A stretch of 64,000 nt of DNA, taken from the NCBI GenBank assembly GCA_038496445.1, contig JALMLS010000268.1:310001-374000 (forward strand), given 5' to 3'. The stretch comes from Trichosphaerium sp. ATCC 40318 (taxonomy: Eukaryota; Protista; Tubulinea). Numbering within the stretch: the first letter of the stretch is position 1; the number at the start of each line of letters is the position of its first letter. Below are positions 1-13,777 of this stretch, one piece after another. The notes beneath the pieces are model-generated. The model saw nothing but the letters and a program-made list of their open reading frames with translations, ran no database searches and was not told the DNA's origin. The position numbers and the translations under genes are program-made.

Positions 1-192
1 TTTTTTCTAATTGTATCTGCAGCTCTGCCCGAGCAGAAAAGCAAAACTTAAGAGATGATGAGATTGTTCTAGAAGCACACTAAGAAAACTGTTCGTTAAA
101 ATGAAGTGACACGTGAATAAAATAGAGTGCTGTCTTGGCTTGACTTTTTTTTTTCCGTCTTTTCAAAAAGCTGTTAAACACTTGAGCGAGTT

Positions 193-2245
193 ATGGCCGG
201 CGTGGCACGCTACAGTGCCGTAAGAACGCGCACTAGACCAGGTTGCTTGTAATATTACGTAGTTTCAGGCATTTACGTTACTACAGGCGCTGATGCTTCT
301 GAAAATGTGCCTCGTGGATTCTGGAATAGCGAAAAACGCCAACGCTCAGCGATGAACGCCGCTGCTACAAAAATGGGTGTTAAAGTGTTGGATGACTGGC
401 ACGCCATCGATATACATTCTTTACGGCGTGCAGGTGTGCGTGGGCTATTGTCTAGCAAGTACGAACAACAATTGGCTTGCCCATAACGTGTTTCAAGGTA
501 CAAGACATCTCTTTTTGGTGCTTTGTCCCACTTGTACCCACTACATCACTGGCATGAGGAAAAATTTAGGTGTGTCTGTTTTTAAACAAATTGTTTACAA
601 CGCCTTACCCCTCAATTAGTACGAATGGCTACTGGCATAATATAAAGAACCAAAGAGAGAGGCTTGATCAAATCGCCAAAAAACTAAATCTGCGGTCTTG
701 GCAAGGCTGGTACAGCGTCACGTGCCAACAAGCCGAAAACGCGGGTGCTGATAGCATCCTAAACATGTACTGTAGCGACTTGCTTCTTCTGATACTCTAG
801 TTACAATTTATAGATACCATGCTCTGTCACGTGTACTCCCCATGGCATATCCGGAACATCCTTGGGATGTGACACAGTTTAAGTGCGTCATTGCAATCAC
901 ATCAGCATACAAACAACGATATAGGAAAAAAACACCAAGGCTGGCGTTGCACTCAAGACGCAGGAAGCTGGATTCTATGGCGCGCCAGTTGAGCGTTAAA
1001 GTGCTTAGTGACTGGTACAGAGTGACTAAAGAACAGGCGATTGACGCTGGAGGTCAGTGGTTGCTAAACAAGTGAGTGCATTGGCTTTGATATTACTGTC
1101 TTATACCTAACATCGCGTGTGCAGGTACAATCACTCGTTGATGACCACGCTGATCACAATTATACCTGAGTATGACTGGAAACCGTACCTATTCCAGTAC
1201 GATATTGTACACATTGATTAGTAGATTTACCAGCTGTTAATAGCATGAATGCTGGATATTGGCAAAGAGATAATCATGCCAGGAAGTTTATACATAAAGC
1301 AAAAAGAGAATTTGGTATAACAACATACGAGCAATGGTACCAAACGTCACGGCTTGTTGAGCTGAATTTTGAGAATAATAACTAAAGGGTTGATAGGTAT
1401 CGCGTTTCTCACAATCAGATAAAGTACACTCTAACTCCCCAAGCGTAACCGTTTTATGCTGATGCAAATGTAGAAGCTTAAATGCAGCTGGTATGCTCAG
1501 ATATTACCCTGAAATATTGGGTGTAATTTACCCTGAAATGGCGTGGGATTGGACTAAATTTTCGAGTTTTGACAAGAAGACTAAGCAACGGTAAAGCTTT
1601 CACGATTGACATATGCCCCTTTTTTGATTAAGTTCCTTAGCGTACTGCTGGATTGCATAAAAACGCTTTATCCATACAATGTGGTGCAAGAGGAGCACGC
1701 TATTGGTTTACGATACAGCACAGGCGCACCTGTTACAATCGACATATACGTGGCGGATTACAATCTCGCTATAGAATACCAGGGCATGCAGTTTTGTGAA
1801 GGAGCGTTCGGATTTGATTATTAACTTCAAAACATAGGGGAGCACCACTACCATCAAGTACTTACACATACAGCACCTCTCGGTGTATTCGAAGCACGTG
1901 ATGTAGAGAAAAAAGAGTGTTTAGAAGCCATGGGTACGCGTTCGCCTTGAACACTTTTAACAGGGATTTTGACTTATGCTTCATGCCCATAGGAATTACG
2001 CTTATATCAGTGCCTTACTGGTGGAAACCAAACGACATTGCTTCCTTGGCAGCAACGATCAAACACTATGCACCGCATGTCGATACATCCGGCTATAATA
2101 AAGGCTGTCCGGTCTTACCATCAACCATGCCTGGTCTCACTACAGGCACGATAAAAAAAACACGATATTTGTTATTTAACTGGGTTTATTAGGAGACTAC
2201 AGTATAATGTCACCAAGTGCACTTGACCTAGAATCCAGCGAGTAA
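193..2245 (+). CDS. Multi-exon repeat protein (G[FY]W...DWY.V repeats) with C-terminal RAP/PD-(D/E)xK nuclease-like domain; possibly organellar RNA-binding
   Basis: Repeats GFWNSEKRQR, GYWHNIKNQRERLDQIAKKL..WQGWYSVT, LSDWYRVT; C-terminal TIDIYVADYNLAIEYQGEHHY...RDVEKKE..GITLISVPYWW after splicing. Start codon uncertain. Confidence 0.65.
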
Positions 2246-2281
2246 GGTTGCATTATCGAAGCTAGAGAGATTGCGTTGTGC

Positions 2282-3695
2282 CTAGAAATCAGTGACAGTA
2301 CGTCTAAACGTGTCAAATTGTTGCTGCAAAAAACGGCGCTCTGATGGAAACAGAGGGTACTCTCCAGGTACTACCAATGTAAATTATTGGTATAATATGA
2401 TGGTGACAGTACGTACTACCCTTTTTTCTTCTTTTATTACGTTTTGTGATTTCTGCTTTGAGCGCTACTCATCCGTCAGCTACTCATTATTTTGTACAGT
2501 CGGAAGCTCTTTGGTTTTTTTTGATGAATAATTGCCATACCTTGAATTGACCCATATTTAGCCAATGCTGTAGCCTTAACTTGTGTCTTCAAGTACAGCT
2601 TCATACTGGATCGTGTGGGATAATAAGGATTAACCTATTTGCAGACGTTAATGAGTAAATGGATAAAATGACGAGATGATTTATTAGGAACCTTTTCTTT
2701 ACAGCACAGCTGGCCCATGTCCTTCTCTGATAGACAGTACTTCCACTTGGCTTTTGTCTATTTGCTGACATGAGTACTATCGCATGAAATGCGGACGTAA
2801 GCATTTACCTTTGGTATAAGCCTCCATTCTTTCTTGGTTTTACAGTCAATGCAGAGTGGATACTATTCCAATAGGCAACGGATTTAGAGTGTTGAGGCGA
2901 AGACGGGGCATGATATGTACTTACCTTTCTCAAGGGATACAGTGGCTTACTTTCGGCCCATCGTTTACAATCTCTGCAACGTACATTAAACAGATGAATA
3001 AATCTATCTCTCCATGTTTTGGTCCCTACAAAACATTCGCGTTAAGATAGTGGGTGGTAATGGCTACGTGCCGTGAAATCTATACAAAAATGTGCCCTTG
3101 AAGTCCCTCTTTCAAAGTGTTAGCCTACAGCATACCAGGTTTACGCGTAACTGGATAATGTATTTGAATTAGGTTCTTCCAAATAGAGTCATCGCGACCT
3201 ACACGCATATTAACCAGTGACTGAAGGTATATATAGCGTACTGAGAAGGTAGAACCCAAGAGATGATACTGCCAAATTACACAAGCTTGTCATTGTAAGA
3301 TGTCCAAGGACACTATGTGCACAGATTAAACTCTGATGACTATTGTATGTGGCTATACCTTAGCAAAACTTCGTCTGGCAGCTGAGACAGCACCGAATCG
3401 TCCCTTGCACGTTGAGCATCCGGTACAAATCCTAAACCGATGAGACATTGTAGGATGTCAGCACTGTTTACGCGTAAAAGCCTTGTACTCGCGGTCTGTT
3501 AAAGCTCCACGCCCACTGCAATACTCAGCCTTTAGTATGTTATTCCTAGCACACCATGTAAACCTGTACCATTGCTTCTACCATGAACGTATAATCGCAG
3601 TGAGAATCAGCCCATGTCAAAGAAGACGTATAGTAAACATACTCCCTGTTCTCTTTGTTCGATCGTTTGCGTTTACCCTTTCGTGTTGTGTTCAT
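2282..3695 (-). CDS. F-box protein with Cys-rich zinc motif and XPA C-terminal-like domain
   Basis: Spliced: LSQLPDEVLLSVLGHLTMTSLCNLAVSS..DDSIWKNL (F-box); CRDC..CIDC; IPKTKAKWKYCLSEKDM..KVNPYYSHTIQYELYLKTQVKATALAKYGSIQALKAE resembles XPA_C. Confidence 0.7.
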
Positions 3696-3942
3696 GTTTG
3701 ACATTCTCAGTGAAATTTTTTTCAAATGATTTTGGTAACCAAAAACCTAGCCAATTAAATAAATAACCAAAGTTGCTGGCAAGGAACCAGGTTTGTAAAT
3801 TAGTGTTACTAGTCGTTGTTGGCGGGCAATCGAGGTAAATTCACTTTTACATGTACGCTTTATTATCTCTACGCGTAGGGAAGTGTCATATGATACTTTA
3901 CGCAGCATTTCTGTTTTTTTGTGACTCAATTCTAAGCTAGAC

Positions 3943-6203
3943 ATGCTAAATACCCTCATTGCTGGAGCTCGCATGCGGCATTCCTCTCAGAATAAACAGG
4001 GTGGTAAATCATCACGTTCTGCACGTATTGGCGCGACACAACAACATAACAACCAAGTTGGTACATAATGACCTGTGTTTCCTCTCTCTAACTTTGATCA
4101 CCAGTGCGCAGATTTTGCGCGACACTGACTGTAAAAGAACAAGAAATAAAAGCGCAGGAGAAACAAGCCAACTTGGTTGATAGGCTGCCATTAAAAGCAG
4201 CCCTTAAGCTCCTTGTCACATGTAAAGACCCGAAAGCAGATGCTGATGTATATTTGCAAGGGCTGCACATGCAAATGCAGGAGTGCAGGCACCTGTCGAC
4301 CGCACACAAGATATTCAAAGCAATACAAAGTGTACCAAAAATAAGCAAAAAACCAACAACATTCGGCATCATGGTGTCAATAGCCGAAAAGGAGAACGAT
4401 TTAAAGTGCGCCATGGAGCTATTCAAACAGCAGAGGGACTGGCCAGAAGGACCACACCCACGTACGGTGGTAGGAGTGCTGCGGTTATTGGCACGTGTCG
4501 ATCTCAACAAGGGCATATCCTTTTACAGGGAAATCAAAAACACTGTTATAGAACCCCACATTGACTGCGTAAATGGTCTGATATCGATCGCTGTAGACGA
4601 AAACAATGCAACCACCGCCCTGGAGATTTACTCGGAACTGAAAAAAGACAAGCTGAAGCCGAACATCCAGACGTACGACGAATTGCTGTCTGTATGCGCA
4701 TACAGCGGCTTGACTGCAAAGGCGGTTGCGCTTTTCAAGGATATGAGCAAGTACAAAGTTGATCCAGGACTCCACACGTATCACATGCTGATGCTGACGT
4801 TTGTTAAAGCAAAAGGACCGCACACAGTACTCAAAATCTATGATGAAATGGTACACAGAAAATATGATATAACACACGATATATACACAACTGTATTCGG
4901 TATATGTGGCGATTTGAATGAGGGAGCCAAGGCATTCTCTATTTACTCGACAATAAAGGGGAATCCGAAAAAATTGGACGACCACGGGGCACATTGCTTG
5001 CTAGCTCTGGCGGAAGCACAGTACATTGATGATGTCGTTGTATTGTTCAACCGCTTAGCCAAGTCAAAGAACAGCATCCATCCTGATTTCTATATCAAGC
5101 TGGCGACTCTATTTGCGAAATGTGGTAAAAACGACGAGTTGTACAAACTGCAGGATATCGCAGAATCCCGGTCGGATATAACCCTCTCTCCCAAACAATA
5201 CAGTGCTCTCCTTGAGGCGTTTGAGAGTATCCGTGACACTACACGAATGCTTCGGCTGTACGAACACATGAAAACAGTGGCGAACGCTTCTTTTGATAAG
5301 GTTGTACATTACAATATTATCATAAAGCTCTATGCTGACAAGGGCGAAGAATCAAAAGCGCTGGAGATCTTGTCGATATTGCAAAGCGATGCAGTAAACG
5401 TGGAGGCAAACAAATTTTCGTACTTGATGATAATGAATGCCATGCAGTCCAAACACCCCAAGAACGTCATCACAATGCACAACGATATGGTGGAGAGCGG
5501 CATTGAATCGGATGCATTCACATTGACAAGTCTCGTCACTGCGCACTTTGAACTAGGCGACTACACTGCTGGGCTCGCCTTGTTGCGCAGTATGCCCGAC
5601 AAAAACATTAAGCAAACCCCACTGATGTACCGCAAGTTGCTACAATTTTGTGCAAAGAGTCACATAACTAAGGTATTTGATGTGGTAGACACCGCAACCA
5701 CAACACTCTTTCCCCACATTTACACTGAACTGCTATACATGAGCGAGTCTGAATCCACTCCTCTTTACGCACAACGTGATGAGATTACACAAAAGATGAA
5801 GGATAATCTGAATGCAGAGCTCGGTAGAGTGGTTTATGCGCTATGGATGCAACAACTGTTGGCTAGTACTCAATTCACAGCAGCACTAGACGTATGCGAC
5901 TGGATACAATCCAAAGGATCTCACTGCACTGTGTCTATGTACACCAAGCTCATTGAGTGTGCCAGTAATCGCGACATGCTCCACAGAATCTGCGTAGCGA
6001 TTAAAAAGGTAATTTCTTCACAATCTTTTTTTTCGAATTATTTTTGACACGCTGCTTTAGGACCAAATGGACATGACCAAAGCATTGGCTACTCTCCTCA
6101 TGAAGCATACTGTAGTTAAAACACTCAATTTACACGTGCCACGCCAGGGGTATGATGAAAAGCGCTGGGGTTCTGAAATAGTATCCAAATTGGCACTCGT
6201 GTA
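3943..6203 (+). CDS. Pentatricopeptide repeat (PPR) protein, probably mitochondrial
   Basis: 647-aa ORF with tandem ~35-aa repeats (PNIQTYDELLSVCAYSGLTAKAVALFKDM, VVHYNIIIKLYADKG); basic, Ser/Arg-rich first exon; short introns near both ends. Confidence 0.85.
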
Positions 6204-6301
6204 ATTTGGCTGACAATAAATGTAACATAAATAATAATAATTAAACTGCCAGAGCTTCAAATTTAAATGTAGTTTTTTTTACTTATCGTATGACTTAATT
6301 C

Positions 6302-8258
6302 CTACGCATCGGCCACACATTTAATACAGTTACAATCAAACTGATAATGCTCTTGTAGGAGGTGCTTGCGCTGATTCACTGGTAAATCCTCGTTGATGTA
6401 CGATATGCGAAGTTCTTCACCTTTGGCAATTGGTCGTATGGCTATCATTGTTGTGCTAAACAAAAATGTAAGCGAAATACAAAAAGAAATGGGACTTGTA
6501 AACACGTAACTGGTAGTCTTTGTTTGTGGATGCAGCCAATACATTTGGTTTGCAAGAGTGGTTAATACTATTGCATACCTGATACATGCCTACAACAGGT
6601 CGTTCAGCAGAGGCTCAAGAGCCACTCTCAAAAATAAGAGAACGCGATTTTACCTTGTCCACACACTGACAGTGCACGCATACAAGGCTCCTGTAGAAGT
6701 TCTTGAGGGCTCAAATCGCGGTCACTGTAAGCTTTGGCAATAGCCCACTGCTCTTCCTCAGTGATACCGTTCATAAACAGGTGAAAAGGCGAAGGTGGCA
6801 CTATCCTTTGTGTGTTTCTTATAATCATGCCATTTAGTCGTCTGTATTGGTTGATAGTCACGACTACAGATGACAATCGGTATCAGTCTACAAACAAATG
6901 TATGCTGGTTTCTTACCTTTGTCACTAATCTTGTCGTCTTTAACAACACTCTTGAGCAAATCAAGTACCATTTGTTCAATAGTTTGAGGACCTGGAGCCT
7001 GTTTTACATCAATTTCGTGTAATTTTCTTGATAATTAGGCAAAAAAGGTATACCTCATGTTGCATAAGGAGTTCGAACTCTTCAGCTGCCTTGTTTCTGG
7101 TAACGCCTTGCTTCATACGGTGACATATCGTCGCCATCATTCTCAATATGAGAATGGGATTTGACAGTTCGTCCTTCTGGCAGGCGCTTAATAAAGCCAT
7201 TGCTATCTCTATCATGGAAATGGTTAGCGAACAGCACGTGATTGTAAATACAGTTTACGTACTTGCTTCTGACTCAAGCATGCTTCCTGGATTGAGCAAT
7301 GTGTAGTGCTGATCTGCAGCAAGCTTACAACACTCGGCACAACAGTATTTTTCGAAGAGAGGTGCTAGTGTTGGCTTTGCAGAAAAGTGCTGTTCATAAT
7401 TCGGTGGGTAAACCACCTCCGGAGCACCCTGGGGATACATTTGGCCATAGTATTGGCGGAGAGTAGGTGGAAGATTTTGTTCTGTCAATACTTGCTGCAG
7501 GCAGTAGCTGCAAGTCATTATATTCTTGTTGCGTTCTTCAAACAGCCGTACGCTCGCTATTGGAGGTTCGAAAAAAATCCACTCTCCAGGTTGGAATGCC
7601 TTCTTTGAGAATCTGCGAGTCTGTTCATTAGCGAACTTGTCAAAAGGAGGAAGAGGAATAGTAGAATAGTGGCACCAAAAGTAAAATGTGACACAAGTGT
7701 CAACAGGTTGACGTACACGCCCTTTCCTGTTCTGTGAGATATGAATTTAACTTGTACAGGCAACGACGCAATCTTTGTACCATAGTACGATGAGAAGTAT
7801 TTTGCCTGAGCCTTTTCTAGCACTGATGTTAGTTCTACGCCAGCGGAGCCTATTTGTTGGCATCTAAACAATAAGCTGTTAGCATTTTTTGCGTTCGTGC
7901 AACTACACGCACTTTTCAAGTGCGCGTACAGCGTCTAGAAATGAACCCTGTCTGAATAAGGCCTGGCCAAGCCGAAAGTGACCCTAATTGGCAATCAAAA
8001 CACTATACACACTTTACAACATACTTTTGCAAAGGTTGGCGCGAGAATGACGCATTGCTGGGCATCTTTTATGGCTTGCGCATACTTACGCAGCATGAAG
8101 TAGCTCTGAGATCGATTGGAATAGTATACGTGATCTACATGCTTTTCCAAAGCCTTTGTGTACCAATTGATGGCTTGTTTGTACTGCTTCTTCGCGTACG
8201 CTGAATTGCCTTTTGTTTTACATGCAATGGCGGCTTGTTGGTCTGTGTTGTGTTGCAT
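6302..8258 (-). CDS. TPR + SET-domain (SMYD-like) lysine methyltransferase
   Basis: N-terminal TPR (KTKGNSAYAKKQY..YYSNRS), split SET with KGV..., INHSCKPN, IAKGEELRISYI and post-SET FDCNCIKC. Confidence 0.85.
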
Positions 8259-8579
8259 GTCAGGTGGAGATGACTTTTTGTTTTCGCACGTTTATTTTAG
8301 TATTTGACACTTAACGTATATATTACAGACAGCGGTTTGCGACTGACAACCCACAGAAGCAAATTTAGTTGTACCGCTGATGGTAAATTATGTGACATTT
8401 TACATTGGTAAACAAAAAACTCCCTGTCTTTAGAAATCATTTCTACAATACTTCTCCTGGTCATTTGAGAATTGTGTTTGCAGTCCTGTTAAGTTGTTGA
8501 CCATCTTAACCCCATTTTAAAAGAAAAGCTGAATAAAACAAAAACATAAACCTATTTTCACTTTAACTAATTCTACAGC

Positions 8580-9670
8580 ATGGGCGCACTATTTGGAAAA
8601 AAGAAAGGTAAACAAAACTCCTGTTAGGTCCAAATACTAATCCGGTGCTAGCCAAGAACGGCGGAGGTGTTACTGTAGGCGGCGACAAACCTAAAAGCAA
8701 TGTTAAGAGACCAGAATAGTATGTTGGCGTGATCTTGTAGCCAATCTAACATTACTTCCTCTAGCGACTATCTTTTCAAATTATTACTCATTGGAGATTC
8801 TGGTGTGGGCAAATCCAGTTTGCTGTTGCGCTTTGCGGTACTTTTAGAAACCAACCCACGATCTTGTCTATTGCATTATTTTTAATATTTTATGGGCTTA
8901 CGGATAACGCTGTAGCTTAGTTGTAAAAAAAGAAAACGTTTTTTTTGTTCTACATTATGGTGGGTAAGTAACCTGGTTTTAGGACAACACATTCACGGAG
9001 AGTTTTATCAGTACTATTGGCGTGGACTTTGTACGTCTTTGTACTAGTATGTGACCCAGTTGGTCCCTTACCCTTCTCCCATAGAAATTAAGAACAATCG
9101 CCATAGACGAATCTAAAGTAAAGTTACAATTATGGGTATGACAACACAGTCTCCAAAAACCACCTTCCTTGTTTGTTTGCGTCATTGGTGTTTTTTTTTC
9201 ATGCACAAATATTTGTATAATTAACCTGTTGTGCTATTTAGGATACAGCTGGACAAGAAAGATTCCGTACCATCACCTCATCATACTACCGTGGTGCTCA
9301 AGGTGTTATCGTTGTGTTTGATGTCACAAAGAAGGACACATTCCATAACGTCGTCAAATGGTTGCAAGAATTGGAACGTTACGCTGCAGAGGACGTAAAA
9401 AAATTATTGGTTGGTAATAAAACCGATATGCCTCAAAGGGAGGTTACCTACGACGAAGCAAAGGTAAATTACTATTTGTTACACTTAATTCCTTTTTTTT
9501 TTTTATTCAAGTGGTAATTGGTTATTGTGTATTAACGTTCCATTGCACAGGAGCTCGCTGAAAAATTGGGATTAGATTACGTTGAAACATCGGCTAAAAC
9601 GTCCGACAACGTCGAAGAGGCTTTCACAAAGCTAGCCAAAATGATCAAGGAAGATCAAGACGATGAGTAA
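8580..9670 (+). CDS. Rab1-like small GTPase, atypical (N-terminal MG motif, no C-terminal Cys)
   Basis: [62 protein letters not shown]; begins MGALFGKKK and ends KEDQDDE*. Confidence 0.9.
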
Positions 9671-9858
9671 ACTAAAGCTCATTTGAGTGAAACCCATCTC
9701 GTGTACATTGAACTGGAAAAAGCAATTAATTTAAGTAAAAAGTGCCTTCTATGTTATACACGTGTATTTGTTATTATTATGGAAAGTACAACAAACTTTC
9801 TTTCTCTTTTGATGCTAAATTATACAATATGGCGTCTGGCTTGGGCGGGTTCTAGATT

Positions 9859-11310
9859 TCAATTTAGTGTCTCTACTTCCATGGCCACGGGTTGTTCTGC
9901 CATGGCAATGGGTGCACCGGGAGCCATAACGATAGGTTCTCCTGGCATGTACTGTACAAATTATTTAGTCAAATGCTGCCTAAATCCTTTGCTGTTTTAC
10001 GTACAAGGCGGACGCGAGGAGGGTTAGTCTTCCATGCCTCAGGCAGCTGAGGTTTCTGATCTGCAGGTAACCTGTTTTTTGGATCCAATCGACTTGACGT
10101 GTGCGTTAATACGCTGCAGTTATTGGGATGTTAGGTACCTTCGTATTTCTTTAAAGCAAGCAATATCGCTGTACCCTTTACCAGTTTTAGGGTCCAAAAA
10201 TCGGGCGCGTTTTCCTGTGACAGCGCACTTGAGAGGCCGCCCTAGTTGTGTGCATGTTAGTAGGGATTGTGAGGTACGGATTTGACAAGTGTACTTATTA
10301 TTGGTGGATTGTATAGCGGCACATCAGAGCTTGCTTGAAACGCCATCATAAGACCGTCTGGCTTGGAGAACATGGATATTTTTGCTCCTTCGATTCTGAA
10401 AAAGGTTGTGAAGGAAAACAAACAATTATTGGTTTTGATGTAAACGAAACAGGTGTTGTTCAAAGAAATACTTCAAAAGGATACTTGTAACGTTTGAAAG
10501 CAGGTTTTTTCTTGTCTTCTTCGAGACGAAGCATACGCTCTAGTGATTCTGTGTTGGCCTTTTTTGTAAGTTTCGCAGCAGCTAGCCTTTGTGCTTGAGA
10601 TATGCTCTTACGCACTTTCTTTTTGCGTGGCTAAAAGGGAAGTATAAATGACGAGCATTCTATTTTTTGTTGCATTTGCATACCTTTCTGCGCACTTTTG
10701 CTTTTAGTTCGTTCTGACGCTGTACTTTGCGCTCTTCTGTGTGTGCAATGGTTGTATGCCGTAGTGACATGTTGGAGACTGTGTTTGCAACTTGCACAGC
10801 ACGTTTTGGTTGTGATGGTGCTTCTGTGAGGGCGCGCGTCAGTACAAAGCGAGTAGTTGATGGCACGTACTTTGCGTTTTGGCCTTCTTCTTCGGGTCTA
10901 CGTACACGTTTTTTTTCTAAAGACGTAAATCAATAGTCTATCGACATATTTGCAAGTACCTTTTTCTTCTTCTCCAGGACTGGCTCGACGACTTCTTGCT
11001 CTACCTCGTCTTCTGGATCATCAAAATCACTGTCCGCGCTGTCTTCGTCGTCCTTGTCCTCTTCAAACTGTTGCAAATTGATGAATAACAATTGTAGGGC
11101 AACAAAAGCAGTACCTCGTTATCTTCACCTTCCACTTTAAATTTTTCGGCCAAAACACCTCCATCAGCCCAAAACTCATCTTGCATATCTTCGTCTTCCA
11201 GATTGTCGTCTAGAAATCGCTCCATGCTTTATAAAGTGTAAATGTATTTGAAATTAGGCTCACACGTACCGATTTCCAGCCGTAGCGCGCTTGGAGCGCG
11301 AAGAAGCCAT
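9859..11310 (-). CDS. VPS72: Vps72/YL1, H2A.Z chaperone subunit of SWR1/SRCAP
   Basis: RSKRATAGNRM N-terminal motif, acidic tract, YL1_C domain CAVTGKRARFLDPKTGKGYSDIACFKEIR. Confidence 0.88.
10396..10484 (-). other. U12-type GT-AG intron in VPS72
   Basis: Donor GTATCCTTTT, branch TTCCTTCAC 12 nt before the 3' end; splicing gives in-frame KRYKIEGAKIS. Confidence 0.8.
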
Positions 11311-11696
11311 TATAGGTGCGCTATTGTAAAATACTATCGTAAAGGTCAGGATATGTAATAAGTACGCATTTAGAGAGAATTGGCGGTATAATACAACAAA
11401 AGTGGCCTCTACTTGCCTACACTGATTTATGATGATGTTATTATGTGTAATGAAGCCGTCCGGTGTCCGCAGCGCAAGTAATGTGGCTTTTTTCAAAGAC
11501 ACAATCGAAACAGTATGCCTTAACGGTGTATACGTTTTGTATTCACGTAATATGCAGTACTAGTCACCCAGTTAGATGTGTAGGTTGTAGCAGTGCCGTT
11601 GTCATCAAATCAGTTAAAACAACAAAAACAATACGCGACTTAAAACGAGAGTCTTTGAAGCATTCCTTGCTTTACGTACAACACAAACAACTCAAA

Positions 11697-13777
11697 ATGA
11701 GTGACTACGACGATGATATGATGTATGATTATGACGAAGACGCTTATGGTGGGGAAGGCGATGAATTTGACTTTTATGATGATGGAGAAGAACAAGATGA
11801 CGGTGCTTCAGACGATCCAGTGGTTATGGTCGAAAACAAATATTTCGAAGCCAAGGGCAAGTTGATTAATAATAGCAGCTAAACGTAGTTCCTGTAACGT
11901 CTGTTAACCATAAAAAACTAGATATCGCAGAAGACGACCCAGAAGATGGCCTCGCCATGTTTGACGAAGTGCTAGAGATAGAAAAGGACGTCCCAGAGGA
12001 AGATAGGCAAAACTGGTACGCTTATTGTGTTTATCTATTTACATACTCTGTCTCTGCGTGCTCTAACCACCACGTAGGGGTTTTAAGGCGTTGAAGAGGA
12101 TCATCAAGCTTAATTTTCAATTAAAGAGGTATCCCGAAGTAAAGAAGCGCTATGAGCAGTTAGTTACCGAAAGAGCGGATTTTCTCGTTGAAAACGAAAA
12201 GGTTTGTTGTAGCGTTAGGTTTACTCTTAATAATTGTCGCAGGCACTCAACAGTCTTCTTGACTTTATTGCAGACGCCCCTGACATCAAACACTTGTTCG
12301 ATTTGACCCTCGAGCAGCTTAAAAAGAAAGGAAACAAGGTAAAACCACATCAAAACCGAAAAAAAAAAAAACGTTAACGTCTCGTGTGTAGAAAGCTTGT
12401 CTTCGTTTAGAATTACGTCTAGCAAAGGTTTTGTTGCAAAAAAAGGACTACAAATCGCTTGAAGTGGTACGTGTCGTGTGCGGTTGGCACATGTTATTCT
12501 GTTTATTTCTCGTCGAAGCCTAATGCGCTATAGAGTTTGGATAAGTTACACGAAGATTGCCAATTACCAGATGGTAGCGACGATCAAAGCAAGGGTAACC
12601 AATTGATGGAGATTTACGCATTGAAGATTGCTATGTTCACCGCCAACGACGATTTACGTCGGCTCAAGGTGCTGTTATTATTATTTTGATTGCGTTCATT
12701 GTTGGTATTGCCCATATTAACGAGCGCTGATGATTGCAGGTATTGTACGAAAAAGCGCTTAATATCAAAGGTCTGTGCAACCCAAGGATATCCGGTATTA
12801 TCCACGAATGTGGTGGTAAAATGCACATGAGGTATGCTCATATGCACTTTTTTTTCAAACCAAAAAGTACGTGTCTGACGTTATCACAACAGAGAGAAGA
12901 ACTGGGAGAAAGCCAACACAGACTTCTTTGAAGCTTTCAAGAATTACGATGACGCTGGTACAAGAAACCTATCTTGCAAGTGCCTCAAGTACTTGGTATT
13001 GGCAAACATGTTGAGTGGCTCAAAGGTACACAATATAAAGAGTTATTTGTGTTTTGGCGGGTGTGGTGGAGTCTCGAAGAAATGTAATAACTTATTGATT
13101 GTAGATCAACCCTTTCCATGAGCAACGTGCCAAGTCATACCAAAGTAATGCGGAGATTAAAGCAATGATTGATTTGATTCGATTTTACCAGGTACGTATC
13201 CAGTTGTCTTGGTTCTCATGTCACAAGTACTAATTGTTGTTACTCTAGGAGAATGATATTAGAAATTTTGAAAAGGTATTGTCTGAGAACAAGGACGCCA
13301 TTATGGGTATGTGCTCACGTCTTTTTTGTTTGATTGTTTTTTCTTGTAATGTTTATTAACGCTAATACCTGTTTGTTACGCACAGGTGATGACTTTATGA
13401 AGGATTACATTGAGGATCTAATGAAGAAGTTGCGTTCTCAAGTATTGTTGCAACTGATCCGCCCTTACACCAACATTTCTATCCGCTTCATTTCTGGTGA
13501 ATTGAATATCAAGCCAGAGGAGGTAGAAAGCTTACTCGTTGAACTGATCCTCGACAAAAAAGTTCGCGGTAAAGTGGACCAAATCGAGCAACTTCTCTTG
13601 CTTACAGAGTCATTGTACGTTTTTTTTTTTCAAATTGTAGCTTTGTACACCACAGTGCGTTTAAAGTACTAATTTGCAAATTGCAGGTCACCAAATTACA
13701 ACAAGTATGTTGCTATTCAAAAATGGACCAAGAACCTATCCAGCTTGGAGAAGAGCGTATTTGGTAGAGTCAACTAA
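11697..13777 (+). CDS. COPS2: COP9 signalosome subunit 2
   Basis: Acidic N-terminus, ENKYFEAK, WGFKALK, GNQLMEIYAL, GIIHECGGKMHM, DFFEAFKNYDDAG, PCI domain at C-terminus. Confidence 0.93.

Noticed and set aside
1-85. Probable last exon of an upstream gene
   Set aside because: Too short to identify.
4516-4526. ATATCCTTTT U12-like donor in the PPR gene
   Set aside because: Lies in an uninterrupted open exon; no matching branch site or acceptor needed.
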